A model generated the notes under the pieces. That model saw only the letters and a program-made list of their open reading frames with translations. It made no database searches and had not been told where the DNA came from. A stretch of 64,000 nucleotides of DNA from a virus (taxonomy: Duplodnaviria > Caudoviricetes): positions 11,284 through 75,283 of the IMG/VR virus record IMGVR_UViG_3300042276_000119. One strand, 5' to 3'. A program made the translations under genes and the position numbers. Shown in pieces: positions 53,359 to 61,113 of this stretch (positions are counted from its first letter, which is position 1; every line of letters begins with the position of its first letter).

Positions 53359-54459
53359 TCAGAAGTTGTATGGGTCAGCCAGGGCTTCATTGAGCCGGTT
53401 GTACATGTACTCGGCATCCTGCTTGGTGCGGAAGTCGGCAATGGCAGCGCACTCGCCGTCCACCTTGTAGGCGTAGAGGGTGAACAGAACCTCATGGATT
53501 CGGCCCTCGTTATGGAGTCGATTCAGATCAACGTCGTCGGCTCGCTCGATGTAGGTTTCGTCGCCGTCGATGACCTCTACACACGCAGCCATGTCGAACC
53601 GGTTATACTCATCCTTGTACCCAAGATCGCGGTGCCAGTTGAGCCCTTCGCCCGGAATTTTGGCTTCTTTGCGAGCCCGCTTCAGGTGCTCGTCGATGTC
53701 CCTCTCACTGAACAAGGTTTCGGCCACCTCCCCATCGGCGTAGGCGGAGAACACCTCCTCACGGGTGATCCATGTGGATTTGTCTCGGGCATCGACCATG
53801 CGGCTGGCACAGATGTGCTTGCCTTGATAGGTGACGCAGGCATGTTGGGTGGTGTAACTGCCGGTCCAGTATTCCGACATCAGGAACCGCTCAAACCCAA
53901 GGTCGGCATCACACTGCCACTTCTGAGGCGGCAGAACCTCCAGTGCGTCCATGAACTCCCGGTAGGTCTCCATGTGCAGCTCGGCATTGCCCAGCAGGTG
54001 TTCCCGCTCCATCTGAAACCATTGCTCGATAGTTACGGCCTGCAGAGTGTTCGAAATGTCACGCAGCGGCGCATTGAACTGCTTCTGCCATGCCTCTGGC
54101 GTCCAAGTCTTGCACGTCTCCAGGTACTCTTCGTGCAGTTTGGCTTTCAGACTGGACAGCAGCTGTGGCAGCTGAGATTCAGTGGTCTCGCGGATGGTGT
54201 AGACCCGAGGCATTGCGCCTGGCTTGGCAAACTTGTCCTCGTAGATGATGGCCCATTCCTGCACCTTCTCAACCTGAGTGATGCAATACTCTACTGTGTA
54301 ATCCATCTCTTTGGTGTTGGGGCCGGCATAGGCACTGTTGTGGATCACCCGCACTGTACGGGCCTCCTGATCAATGTCGAGTACCAGGGCCAGGCCGTCC
54401 GGGGTCAGAACGTGATCTTCCAAGGCGATGTTGTTCGGGTTGAAATCGGTCATGGTCAT
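53359..54459 (-). CDS. early multidomain protein with a DUF1419-like segment
   Basis: F..ALEVLPP..W.......F.MSE...G..T motif. Leader motif present. Confidence 0.7.
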   Translation of the reverse strand: MTMTDFNPNNIALEDHVLTPDGLALVLDIDQEARTVRVIHNSAYAGPNTKEMDYTVEYCITQVEKVQEWAIIYEDKFAKPGAMPRVYTIRETTESQLPQLLSSLKAKLHEEYLETCKTWTPEAWQKQFNAPLRDISNTLQAVTIEQWFQMEREHLLGNAELHMETYREFMDALEVLPPQKWQCDADLGFERFLMSEYWTGSYTTQHACVTYQGKHICASRMVDARDKSTWITREEVFSAYADGEVAETLFSERDIDEHLKRARKEAKIPGEGLNWHRDLGYKDEYNRFDMAACVEVIDGDETYIERADDVDLNRLHNEGRIHEVLFTLYAYKVDGECAAIADFRTKQDAEYMYNRLNEALADPYNF

Positions 54460-54624
54460 TTCCTTTTGGTTGTTTTTCTGCCAAAAGCAGATGGTTAAAG
54501 TGTTGCACTGATGTACATTTGTACATTATGATTGGCTTTCACGTGTGGTAACCGTGTACTCGGTTAGGTGGTCTGGTCTGCCATCTACCACCCTGACCGC
54601 CTGAGCGGTCAGGGCTCCTATCCC

Positions 54625-55293
54625 TCAGCTTGCTTCCCGTCTTGCGTCTATCTGGTTCACCAGCTCTACCCATTTCTCCGGTGCGTTATTCCAGACAGCG
54701 TTGTGTATATCGCCTGCCTCTGCCATCGCTTCGATCACAGCCATCTCGACAGTGCTGAAGTCGTCTATACCGCTACCTCGAAGCCACGCCTCGCATAGCA
54801 GCTCCAGTTTGGCCGGTCCCCAGTCCTTGTACTGAGTCAAATCCCAGTCGTCAGAGCGAACGTCGTTGGAGTAGAAGGGGGCAAAGCCGTCCCGCGCTGC
54901 CAGTCGTTCTTTGATCAGCTCAGCCCAGACATTGTGATCCAGTGTCTCGATCATGTGCTGAATCGTTTCCTCCGGCACCTTAACGAATATGCGGTCGGTC
55001 TCGAAGTTGTACTCACGAGGTGACCATAGTTCGGCAAACTCGGCTTTCAGGTCGAAGCCGAGTTCACGCTTGATGTGCCATTCCCACGCCAGTACATACT
55101 CCTTCGCATAGTCCTGCAGCAGGCTGTTGGCGTAGTAGAAGGCGTTCTTCGCTTCTACAGCGAGTTCGTCATTCTCGTCGATAAAGCCGCCGTTGTCCGC
55201 ACTCACTGATGACTCAACTTCGCTGTCAATCGCATGAGTGTGCAGGGACTCGTAGAAGCCGGTGAAGGTCGGGATTGCCATTGCGAGTTTCAT
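54625..55293 (-). CDS. acidic early protein, candidate anti-restriction factor
   Basis: FTGFYES, L.SPREYNFETDRIF and RDGF.PFY motifs, strongly D/E-rich. Function is inference. Confidence 0.65.
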   Translation of the reverse strand: MKLAMAIPTFTGFYESLHTHAIDSEVESSVSADNGGFIDENDELAVEAKNAFYYANSLLQDYAKEYVLAWEWHIKRELGFDLKAEFAELWSPREYNFETDRIFVKVPEETIQHMIETLDHNVWAELIKERLAARDGFAPFYSNDVRSDDWDLTQYKDWGPAKLELLCEAWLRGSGIDDFSTVEMAVIEAMAEAGDIHNAVWNNAPEKWVELVNQIDARREAS

Positions 55294-55294
55294 A

Positions 55295-55582
55295 TCAATT
55301 CCCCTTGATCAGCAGGCTACGGATGTCACGAATATCCTGGTCGTAGTCTTGGCGGGCACACAATGTCCACTTGGTCGAGCCATCAGAGAACTCCTCCTTG
55401 GTGACGCGCTCATAGACCGGCCAAGCCGGTTGAGTTGTGATGTACTGGATGCTGAGGCTCATCTGTCTCACTGTGTTGGCCCGGCAGCGGTGTGTCAGCA
55501 GGTAGAGGATTTCCTGTCGGTCTTGCTCGGTCAACTCGTACTCGCCCTGAATGGCGGTGTAGAGGGAGATTTGTTTCTTCAT
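55295..55582 (-). CDS. early hypothetical protein
   Basis: Hairpin and leader upstream. Confidence 0.7.
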   Translation of the reverse strand: MKKQISLYTAIQGEYELTEQDRQEILYLLTHRCRANTVRQMSLSIQYITTQPAWPVYERVTKEEFSDGSTKWTLCARQDYDQDIRDIRSLLIKGN

Positions 55583-55642
55583 GGTCTTGGTCCTTTTGGT
55601 TAGGTGCCCGGCACCATACCGGGCGCTTTGGTCAGATAGCGG

Positions 55643-55867
55643 TCAGTCCAGGGTCCACTGAGTCACTTCATGGGCTCCGGTGATGTCGCGCAGGAACTTC
55701 TGTACCTCATGGGAGGTGAAGATTTCGTGGGTGTTGAAGTCATCGCCAAAACTGAAGGTCGTAACCCGTGGGCCGTGTGCCCAGAACCGGTGATACACGC
55801 TCACCTTACGGTCTTCTGTGAGGGATATTTCGTAGCCCTTGCTACGGAGGAATTCAAAGAGTTCCAT
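55643..55867 (-). CDS. early hypothetical protein
   Basis: Leader motif precedes ATG 55867. Confidence 0.65.
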   Translation of the reverse strand: MELFEFLRSKGYEISLTEDRKVSVYHRFWAHGPRVTTFSFGDDFNTHEIFTSHEVQKFLRDITGAHEVTQWTLD

Positions 55868-55896
55868 GGTCGTATTCCTTTTGGTTAGGGAAGGGT

Positions 55897-56003
55897 TCAA
55901 AGTGGGCGCTCAAGCGCCCTCAAAGTGGTCGCTCAAGCGCCCTCAGAGTGGCCGTTCAAGAGTCCTCAAAGCGGTCGCTCAAGAGTCCTCAAAGCGGTCG
56001 CTC
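55897..56003. repeat. 23-bp degenerate tandem repeat, about 4.7 copies, derived from a gene end
   Basis: Units at 55897, 55920, 55943, 55966 and 55989 with consensus TCAAAGYGGTCGCTCAAGMGYCC. Confidence 0.9.
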
Positions 56004-56210
56004 GATGAAGTACCGGCCTTCCTGCTTGTTCACGAGGAGGATTTCGTCCACACCTACCTGAGGCTGGCCGATGACGATCTCGCCTTCCTTGATCTTGGTC
56101 TCCACTGCGAACCGGGCTTCCCGGTAATTGCCATCGTAGTAGGGCAGGTAGTACCGCAGGGCGGCGTTCTCGTCGATGAAGTGGTTGGTGCCTACTGAAA
56201 TTGTGTTCAT
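55989..56210 (-). CDS. early hypothetical protein
   Basis: GGAG RBS, 73 aa. Confidence 0.65.
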   Translation of the reverse strand: MNTISVGTNHFIDENAALRYYLPYYDGNYREARFAVETKIKEGEIVIGQPQVGVDEILLVNKQEGRYFIERPL

Positions 56211-56212
56211 GC

Positions 56213-56491
56213 CTACTCTCCAAAAATTCGTTCAAAGTCTTCGGCGCCGATCTCGCCCTCGAAAATAGTCGTCGGCACACTGCCGGCAATGACCTCTGCC
56301 CAAGGCCGCAGGGCATGATCCAGGCAGACAATCTGCAGGTTGCCGTCCAGCAGGCCCACCTCTTTGGCCAAGTGGGCGTACTTGGGACGTAGGTCACAAG
56401 GATACTGATTGGGCCTCATGTGGGTGGGCCAAAGGTACATGCGGCATTGAGTGTTGCCGGGGTGTACTTCGAGGGTGACTGGCTTTTTCAT
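56213..56491 (-). CDS. early hypothetical protein
   Basis: GAGGA RBS, ATG overlaps the upstream stop. Confidence 0.6.
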   Translation of the reverse strand: MKKPVTLEVHPGNTQCRMYLWPTHMRPNQYPCDLRPKYAHLAKEVGLLDGNLQIVCLDHALRPWAEVIAGSVPTTIFEGEIGAEDFERIFGE

Positions 56492-56892
56492 GCCGCATCC
56501 TCCTCTTCCTCTCCGTTCAGCCTGATGTTCAGGTGGTCGCAATAAATCGCTTCCTCCGTCTCATCCACGTTGAGCAGGCCGACTACACGCCAACCTGTAG
56601 ATGCCCCGTTCTGGAAGTCCCAGACGACATTCTTGAACTCAGCCCGGACGGCGGCGAAGGACAAGATGCCCCCGTCCTGAGTGACGAAAGCGAGGCGGTA
56701 CCCTCCGGGCCAGGAGAACTCCCCGGCACGGAGGGTGGCCTTGAGCCGAGACAGGGTGGTGATGTCGTTGAAGTGGTACTGGAACTTCTCACGCAGCGGC
56801 GGCATTACGTTCCAGATAGGTTTGCGGGTGTCGTACAGGTCGCCAGAGGAGGTGACGAACAGATGGTCTGGTCGTTGAATGTTCATGGTCAT
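56488..56892 (-). CDS. early hypothetical protein
   Basis: WPGGY.L.F.T.DG..L and YCDH motifs. Leader motif present. Confidence 0.7.
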   Translation of the reverse strand: MTMNIQRPDHLFVTSSGDLYDTRKPIWNVMPPLREKFQYHFNDITTLSRLKATLRAGEFSWPGGYRLAFVTQDGGILSFAAVRAEFKNVVWDFQNGASTGWRVVGLLNVDETEEAIYCDHLNIRLNGEEEEDAA

Positions 56893-56918
56893 TGGTCCTT
56901 TTGGTTAGGCGGCAGGCG

Positions 56919-57179
56919 TCAGCCCACCAAGCTGTCTGGATTTACCCGGGCACCTTTCTCGATCAGGCGCTGAAGACGCTCATGGGCGGCGGCGAACAGG
57001 GCGGCGCCACGCTGGTCACCCAGCTCCTTATAGCGCCGGGACGAACGGGCATAGCCGGTCACGGTTTCGTCAAAGAACAGGCGGTGTCTTCGCGCCTGCC
57101 CTTTGACCATGATCAGGAGGGTTTCGGGCTTTCTGGCTCGGGAGAAGAACACTCGGTACTCTGATTCGAGGTTGGTCAT
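56919..57179 (-). CDS. basic early hypothetical protein
   Basis: GAGG RBS, packs in the operon. Confidence 0.6.
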   Translation of the reverse strand: MTNLESEYRVFFSRARKPETLLIMVKGQARRHRLFFDETVTGYARSSRRYKELGDQRGAALFAAAHERLQRLIEKGARVNPDSLVG

Positions 57180-57190
57180 GCCTCAGTTCC

Positions 57191-57511
57191 TTACTTGTTA
57201 AAAGCCTTCATACAGGTCAACATCTCTTGGTTCGCAAACTCCCTTGCACTGCGCTGGATAGCCTGCTCTGTTCTGAACTGAGGGTGCTCGAAAGACCGCA
57301 TGACGATAGCCACCCCTATGTCATCATCTGCCATAATTTCCAGCATCCTAGACATATCCACCCCGGCATGTCGGGAAAGCATGACCTGTTTAGCCATGGA
57401 GCTGTATGAGGAACAGACTGTCATAGCCGGGGAGGATTCCTCTTTGGGTTCAGCCATTACCGGCAGGGAGAATGAAATAACTGCGAGCGCTGTAATGATG
57501 TTCTTACGCAT
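57191..57511 (-). CDS. secreted protein
   Basis: MRKNIITALAVISFSLPVMA signal peptide and two Cys. Operator-like motif upstream at 57533-57548. Confidence 0.7.
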   Translation of the reverse strand: MRKNIITALAVISFSLPVMAEPKEESSPAMTVCSSYSSMAKQVMLSRHAGVDMSRMLEIMADDDIGVAIVMRSFEHPQFRTEQAIQRSAREFANQEMLTCMKAFNK

Positions 57512-57549
57512 AATATGTACCTATTGGTTATTTGTGCAAATGTACATTG

Positions 57550-57930
57550 TCACGCCGGGCAAAGTCCAGCGAGTTCTCCATGCCCCTTGAATACCTTCTG
57601 GTGAGGAGGCAACTTCTTGCGGAGCTTGATCTGCTCCGGTCTGTAACCGAGGCTGAGCAGTTTGCGCCACGCCAGCCAGTGGAATGATTTCACCTCCTCG
57701 TACTTGAAGCCCCGAGTTTGATCCCGGTACCACGTGAAGTGGCCAGACTGGTAGACCACCTCTTCCTCTTGGGCCTTTCTCGGGTCCATCGGCCACTTGT
57801 CCAGCGTGATCACGCCGAGGTAAGGGTAGTGGCTGGGTGAGTCACTGCGGGCCAGCACAGCGTATGGCTGGCCCGTCTTGGTTGAGATTCGGTAGACCAC
57901 GGTCACCGAGTCAGTTGGGTTTGGCATCAC
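57550..57930 (-). CDS. early hypothetical protein
   Basis: AGGAG RBS, coupled to the upstream stop. Confidence 0.6.
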   Translation of the reverse strand: MMPNPTDSVTVVYRISTKTGQPYAVLARSDSPSHYPYLGVITLDKWPMDPRKAQEEEVVYQSGHFTWYRDQTRGFKYEEVKSFHWLAWRKLLSLGYRPEQIKLRKKLPPHQKVFKGHGELAGLCPA

Positions 57931-58985
57931 TCAATCTCCTGTAACCGGCTGATCACTCCAGTGATCTCGTGCTTCATCGAATCCATCTCATTGCGCAAGT
58001 CTTGGGCACGTTGCTCGGCATCTCGGGCTTCACGTAGAGCCCGCTGCAGCAGCATGTAGGGCGCCAATGGGGCCTCTGGCCATTCAGTTGTGCCACATGC
58101 ACAAGACGCCAGAGGCTCGTCCTCGTGGTGCTCATACATGTCGCCACAGTCAGTGCAGACCCCGTGCTTGGCGAGGAGGGTGGCATAACGGTCGCGCTCT
58201 TTGCGCAGGTTGTCTTCAATGTCGGAGGAGATGGCGGCATTGTGCTCTAGCTTGGCTTCAGCAGCTTCAGCTCGACCTTTCCACTCGGCCAGCTTGGCTT
58301 GGGCATCGTATCCGTCAATCTGCTTCCTGATCCGCGCCGTGGCACCGGCCAGCTGGCTTTTCAGGCGGCGGTTCTCCTCGGCCAGGTCGCCTTGGAAGGC
58401 AGGTGAGGGAGGCTGAGCAGAGAGTATCGCAATGCGGTTTTCCAACTCCTCGTTCACCTCCTCAGACTCGTTAAGCATCCGGGTAGCCTCCCGCAGTTTT
58501 GCCTGCAGCTCCTTCACCCACTGATCCCGAGCGGCCAGGATGGTCTTGATCTCCTGATCCTTGCTGGCAATTACATCGGACATTTCCTTGTTCAGGCGCC
58601 GCACCTCAGCGGAGGGCGGGGATGCCTCTAACTCCGTGATCCGGCGCAGGGCCAGGGCGTAATCCGCCTCCAGCTTCTTGATGGTCTCGCGGAGATGGGG
58701 GATTTCCCACGTCATTTCCCGCATGGTGTTGCGGTAATTGCGGAACATAGCAGATGTTGCCTTGAGCTGGAGTTCAGCCTGCAGGAGTTCTGATTGGCGG
58801 CAGGCTGGCATGTGGTGCTTCCTCATGTACTGAATACCGGAGGTGTCCCAGATGGTCATGCGGCCGTCTGTCAACTGCTGCAGGTCGATGACGAGGTAAT
58901 CGTCACCTTTATAGCTGAATTCCGCTTCGCTGTACTCGGAAGCGTCGAGGTAGGTGGCGTCAGGCCACACGTAGATTTTTGTCAT
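57927..58985 (-). CDS. coiled-coil protein with zinc-ribbon insertion
   Basis: Long heptad repeats with CTDC...CAC. Leader motif present. Confidence 0.7.
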   Translation of the reverse strand: MTKIYVWPDATYLDASEYSEAEFSYKGDDYLVIDLQQLTDGRMTIWDTSGIQYMRKHHMPACRQSELLQAELQLKATSAMFRNYRNTMREMTWEIPHLRETIKKLEADYALALRRITELEASPPSAEVRRLNKEMSDVIASKDQEIKTILAARDQWVKELQAKLREATRMLNESEEVNEELENRIAILSAQPPSPAFQGDLAEENRRLKSQLAGATARIRKQIDGYDAQAKLAEWKGRAEAAEAKLEHNAAISSDIEDNLRKERDRYATLLAKHGVCTDCGDMYEHHEDEPLASCACGTTEWPEAPLAPYMLLQRALREARDAEQRAQDLRNEMDSMKHEITGVISRLQEIE

Positions 58986-59026
58986 TGGTTTGGTCCTTTT
59001 TGGTTAAGGGAAATTAGGTGTCGAGG

Positions 59027-59281
59027 TCAGCACGACAGCTGCACAAGCCCGCCACGCGGGCCAGTGCGGTAAGCCCGGTCAGGCAGGCAATCACACGGGA
59101 ACATGCCTTCCGGTTTGCCGAAGAACACCAGCATTTCGCTTGGCCCTTCAGCAAACGAGCTTACATCGTCATGCTGACGCAGTAGGCTGCGCTTGGCATC
59201 TGCGAGGCTGTGGAACTCCTCATAGTCATCCGGCATTGGGCTGGCACAGCCAGCGAGGAATACTTGGGCGTAGCATTTCAT
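59027..59281 (-). CDS. early hypothetical protein
   Basis: Ends PDR....GPRGG. Leader motif precedes ATG 59281. Confidence 0.65.
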   Translation of the reverse strand: MKCYAQVFLAGCASPMPDDYEEFHSLADAKRSLLRQHDDVSSFAEGPSEMLVFFGKPEGMFPCDCLPDRAYRTGPRGGLVQLSC

Positions 59282-59318
59282 TGGTCGTAATTCCTTTTGG
59301 TTGAGGGGAGCCTTTTGG

Positions 59319-59936
59319 CTAGTAGAAGCCCAGGGTGCATTCACGGTCGTCAATCACCCAGTGCGGCACCTCGACACTGGCTCTGATCATGCCGTCAGCA
59401 GTGGCCCCGCAAGTGCCCCAACGCTTGAACAGGCGGGCCTTAGTGCCGTCCCGGCGTATCTGCGGGGTGTCGGTGGGTACGGCGTGGAAGTACCCACCGG
59501 ACACTGAGGTTTGCAGTTTGCCGCCACGCACCTCTACAAACGGGATGTAAGGGTTGGTACACACGGCTAAGTGTGGCACCTGTAGGTGTTCGTCGGCGTG
59601 TGCGGTGACAATAGCCTCGCTGTATATGCGGTAGCCTTCCTCGTCCCGCTTATCGTCGTAGAACAGAGGTCCGCCAGTGGGCTTTGCGATCACCCTGACG
59701 GAGTGCATCAGAGTCGGAGTGGAGGCGTCCATCTCCTTGGCGAAGTACGCCTCCAGCTCGGCCTTGTACTGCTGGTACAGGGCGAAATCACCTTCCCAGT
59801 CGCCGTGTGAGAGGTTCAGGAGGAAGAATTCCGCCTCCTCGACGGAGAGGGCTTCGTACTTGGCCTCTGAGGCGTCGATGCTCATCCGGCGCTGGAACAG
59901 GCCAACAAGTAGGTCGCGGGTGTGGATTGGATTCAT
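59319..59936 (-). CDS. early hypothetical protein
   Basis: SVSGGYF, F..WG..GA.ADG motifs. Leader variant upstream. Confidence 0.7.
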   Translation of the reverse strand: MNPIHTRDLLVGLFQRRMSIDASEAKYEALSVEEAEFFLLNLSHGDWEGDFALYQQYKAELEAYFAKEMDASTPTLMHSVRVIAKPTGGPLFYDDKRDEEGYRIYSEAIVTAHADEHLQVPHLAVCTNPYIPFVEVRGGKLQTSVSGGYFHAVPTDTPQIRRDGTKARLFKRWGTCGATADGMIRASVEVPHWVIDDRECTLGFY

Positions 59937-59990
59937 TGGTCGTTTCCTTGCTCCCGCAAGGGGAGCCTTTTGGTTGAGTGGTGGGTTCGT

Positions 59991-60182
59991 TTACAGTCGC
60001 CACTCGTTGTGGTCAAGCACATACAAGACGGAGCAAACGCCGTAGGCTATGCCGTAGATTACGGCCACAAACAGCGGGATGAATAGCCACATCTGCACCA
60101 ACATCGTCAGCACAATGAAAAAGATGATGGCAGCTGCGCTAAACACCATGCGGGGCGTGGGGTTGGGGAATTCGTTATTCAT
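59991..60182 (-). CDS. small membrane protein
   Basis: Two hydrophobic helices, GGAGG RBS. Confidence 0.65.
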   Translation of the reverse strand: MNNEFPNPTPRMVFSAAAIIFFIVLTMLVQMWLFIPLFVAVIYGIAYGVCSVLYVLDHNEWRL

Positions 60183-60919
60183 TGATACCCCTCCTCGGCC
60201 TGTTCCGCATTACACCGGCAGAGTGTGCCGTGGGCACCACATTCCAGTTCGCAGCCATCATTAGATGGCTGGTGGAGTTGGTTGGCATCATTAGATGGCT
60301 GGTGGAGTTGGTTGGCAATAATGTCGAACTCCCATTTCGTTATACAGGTTCGAATCCTGCCCTCATTGAATAGTGCACGCTTAACCTGATCAATCACCTC
60401 GGCATCGTGAACGGCGAGACTTTGATTGGGCGACATGGCCAGCACCTCATCCACAGTAAGATCAAGAGCAGGAATGTAGTTTAGGTGACTGTTCATCGCT
60501 TTAAGCGCGGTTCTGAGCTGGTTGTTCTGAGCTTTCAACTGATCGCGCTTTTGTCTAACCGAGTCCAGCGTTTTACCTCGCTGATAAAAAGCATACTGTT
60601 TATCAGCGAGCTGCATTTTCAACGCATCAATCTGGCGGTGTAGTTGCTCGACTTCTTGCTCCGTAGCGACCAGCTTGCGAGACAGCCAGCGGATGCGCTG
60701 TTTTGCCGCAGTCAGCAGCGTGATCGAAGAGGACTCACCGGACATAACGGCCGCAAGGTCGAGTTCTCTGTGATTATGTGCAAACACGGCGTTGGCCAGC
60801 TGATCATCACTCAGGTGCCCGAGTGCCAGCGCCTCTCGTTCACAACTGTAACGGTCTCCATGCGGGTCGTCTTGACCTGCTTCTCGCCATTCGGCGCTTG
60901 GTGTTTTGTTCGTAGTCAC
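60179..60919 (-). CDS. coiled-coil protein, Ead/Ea22-like mosaic
   Basis: Coiled coil followed by SLA.HDAEVI. Contains a 30-bp duplication at 60256-60317. Confidence 0.6.
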   Translation of the reverse strand: MTTNKTPSAEWREAGQDDPHGDRYSCEREALALGHLSDDQLANAVFAHNHRELDLAAVMSGESSSITLLTAAKQRIRWLSRKLVATEQEVEQLHRQIDALKMQLADKQYAFYQRGKTLDSVRQKRDQLKAQNNQLRTALKAMNSHLNYIPALDLTVDEVLAMSPNQSLAVHDAEVIDQVKRALFNEGRIRTCITKWEFDIIANQLHQPSNDANQLHQPSNDGCELECGAHGTLCRCNAEQAEEGYQ

Positions 60920-61113
60920 GATTTTGTCTCCAACTCACTATTCAAAGGCACCACCTCCTCTGGCTCCGGTGCCTCGCAAGGCATCCACGCCGAGAAATGC
61001 TCGTTGTCCACAAACACAAAGCATTTCCTGCTGGACAACTGGTAATACTGGCCAAGCAGGTCTTTGTGAGTGGCACCTGCCTGTATCATTGTTAAGTCCA
61101 TTGAGACCGTCAT
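60916..61113 (-). CDS. small hypothetical protein
   Basis: GGAGG RBS, coupled at both ends. Contains GATH. Confidence 0.6.
   Translation of the reverse strand: MTVSMDLTMIQAGATHKDLLGQYYQLSSRKCFVFVDNEHFSAWMPCEAPEPEEVVPLNSELETKS

Noticed and set aside
31027-54498. Long antisense ORFs (e.g. 31027..31854, 34969..35688, 41061..41999, 53494..54498)
   Set aside because: They mirror well-supported minus-strand genes and are explained by codon bias.
55897-56003. Mini CRISPR array
   Set aside because: Units are contiguous with no unique spacers, they derive from a gene end, and no cas genes are present.
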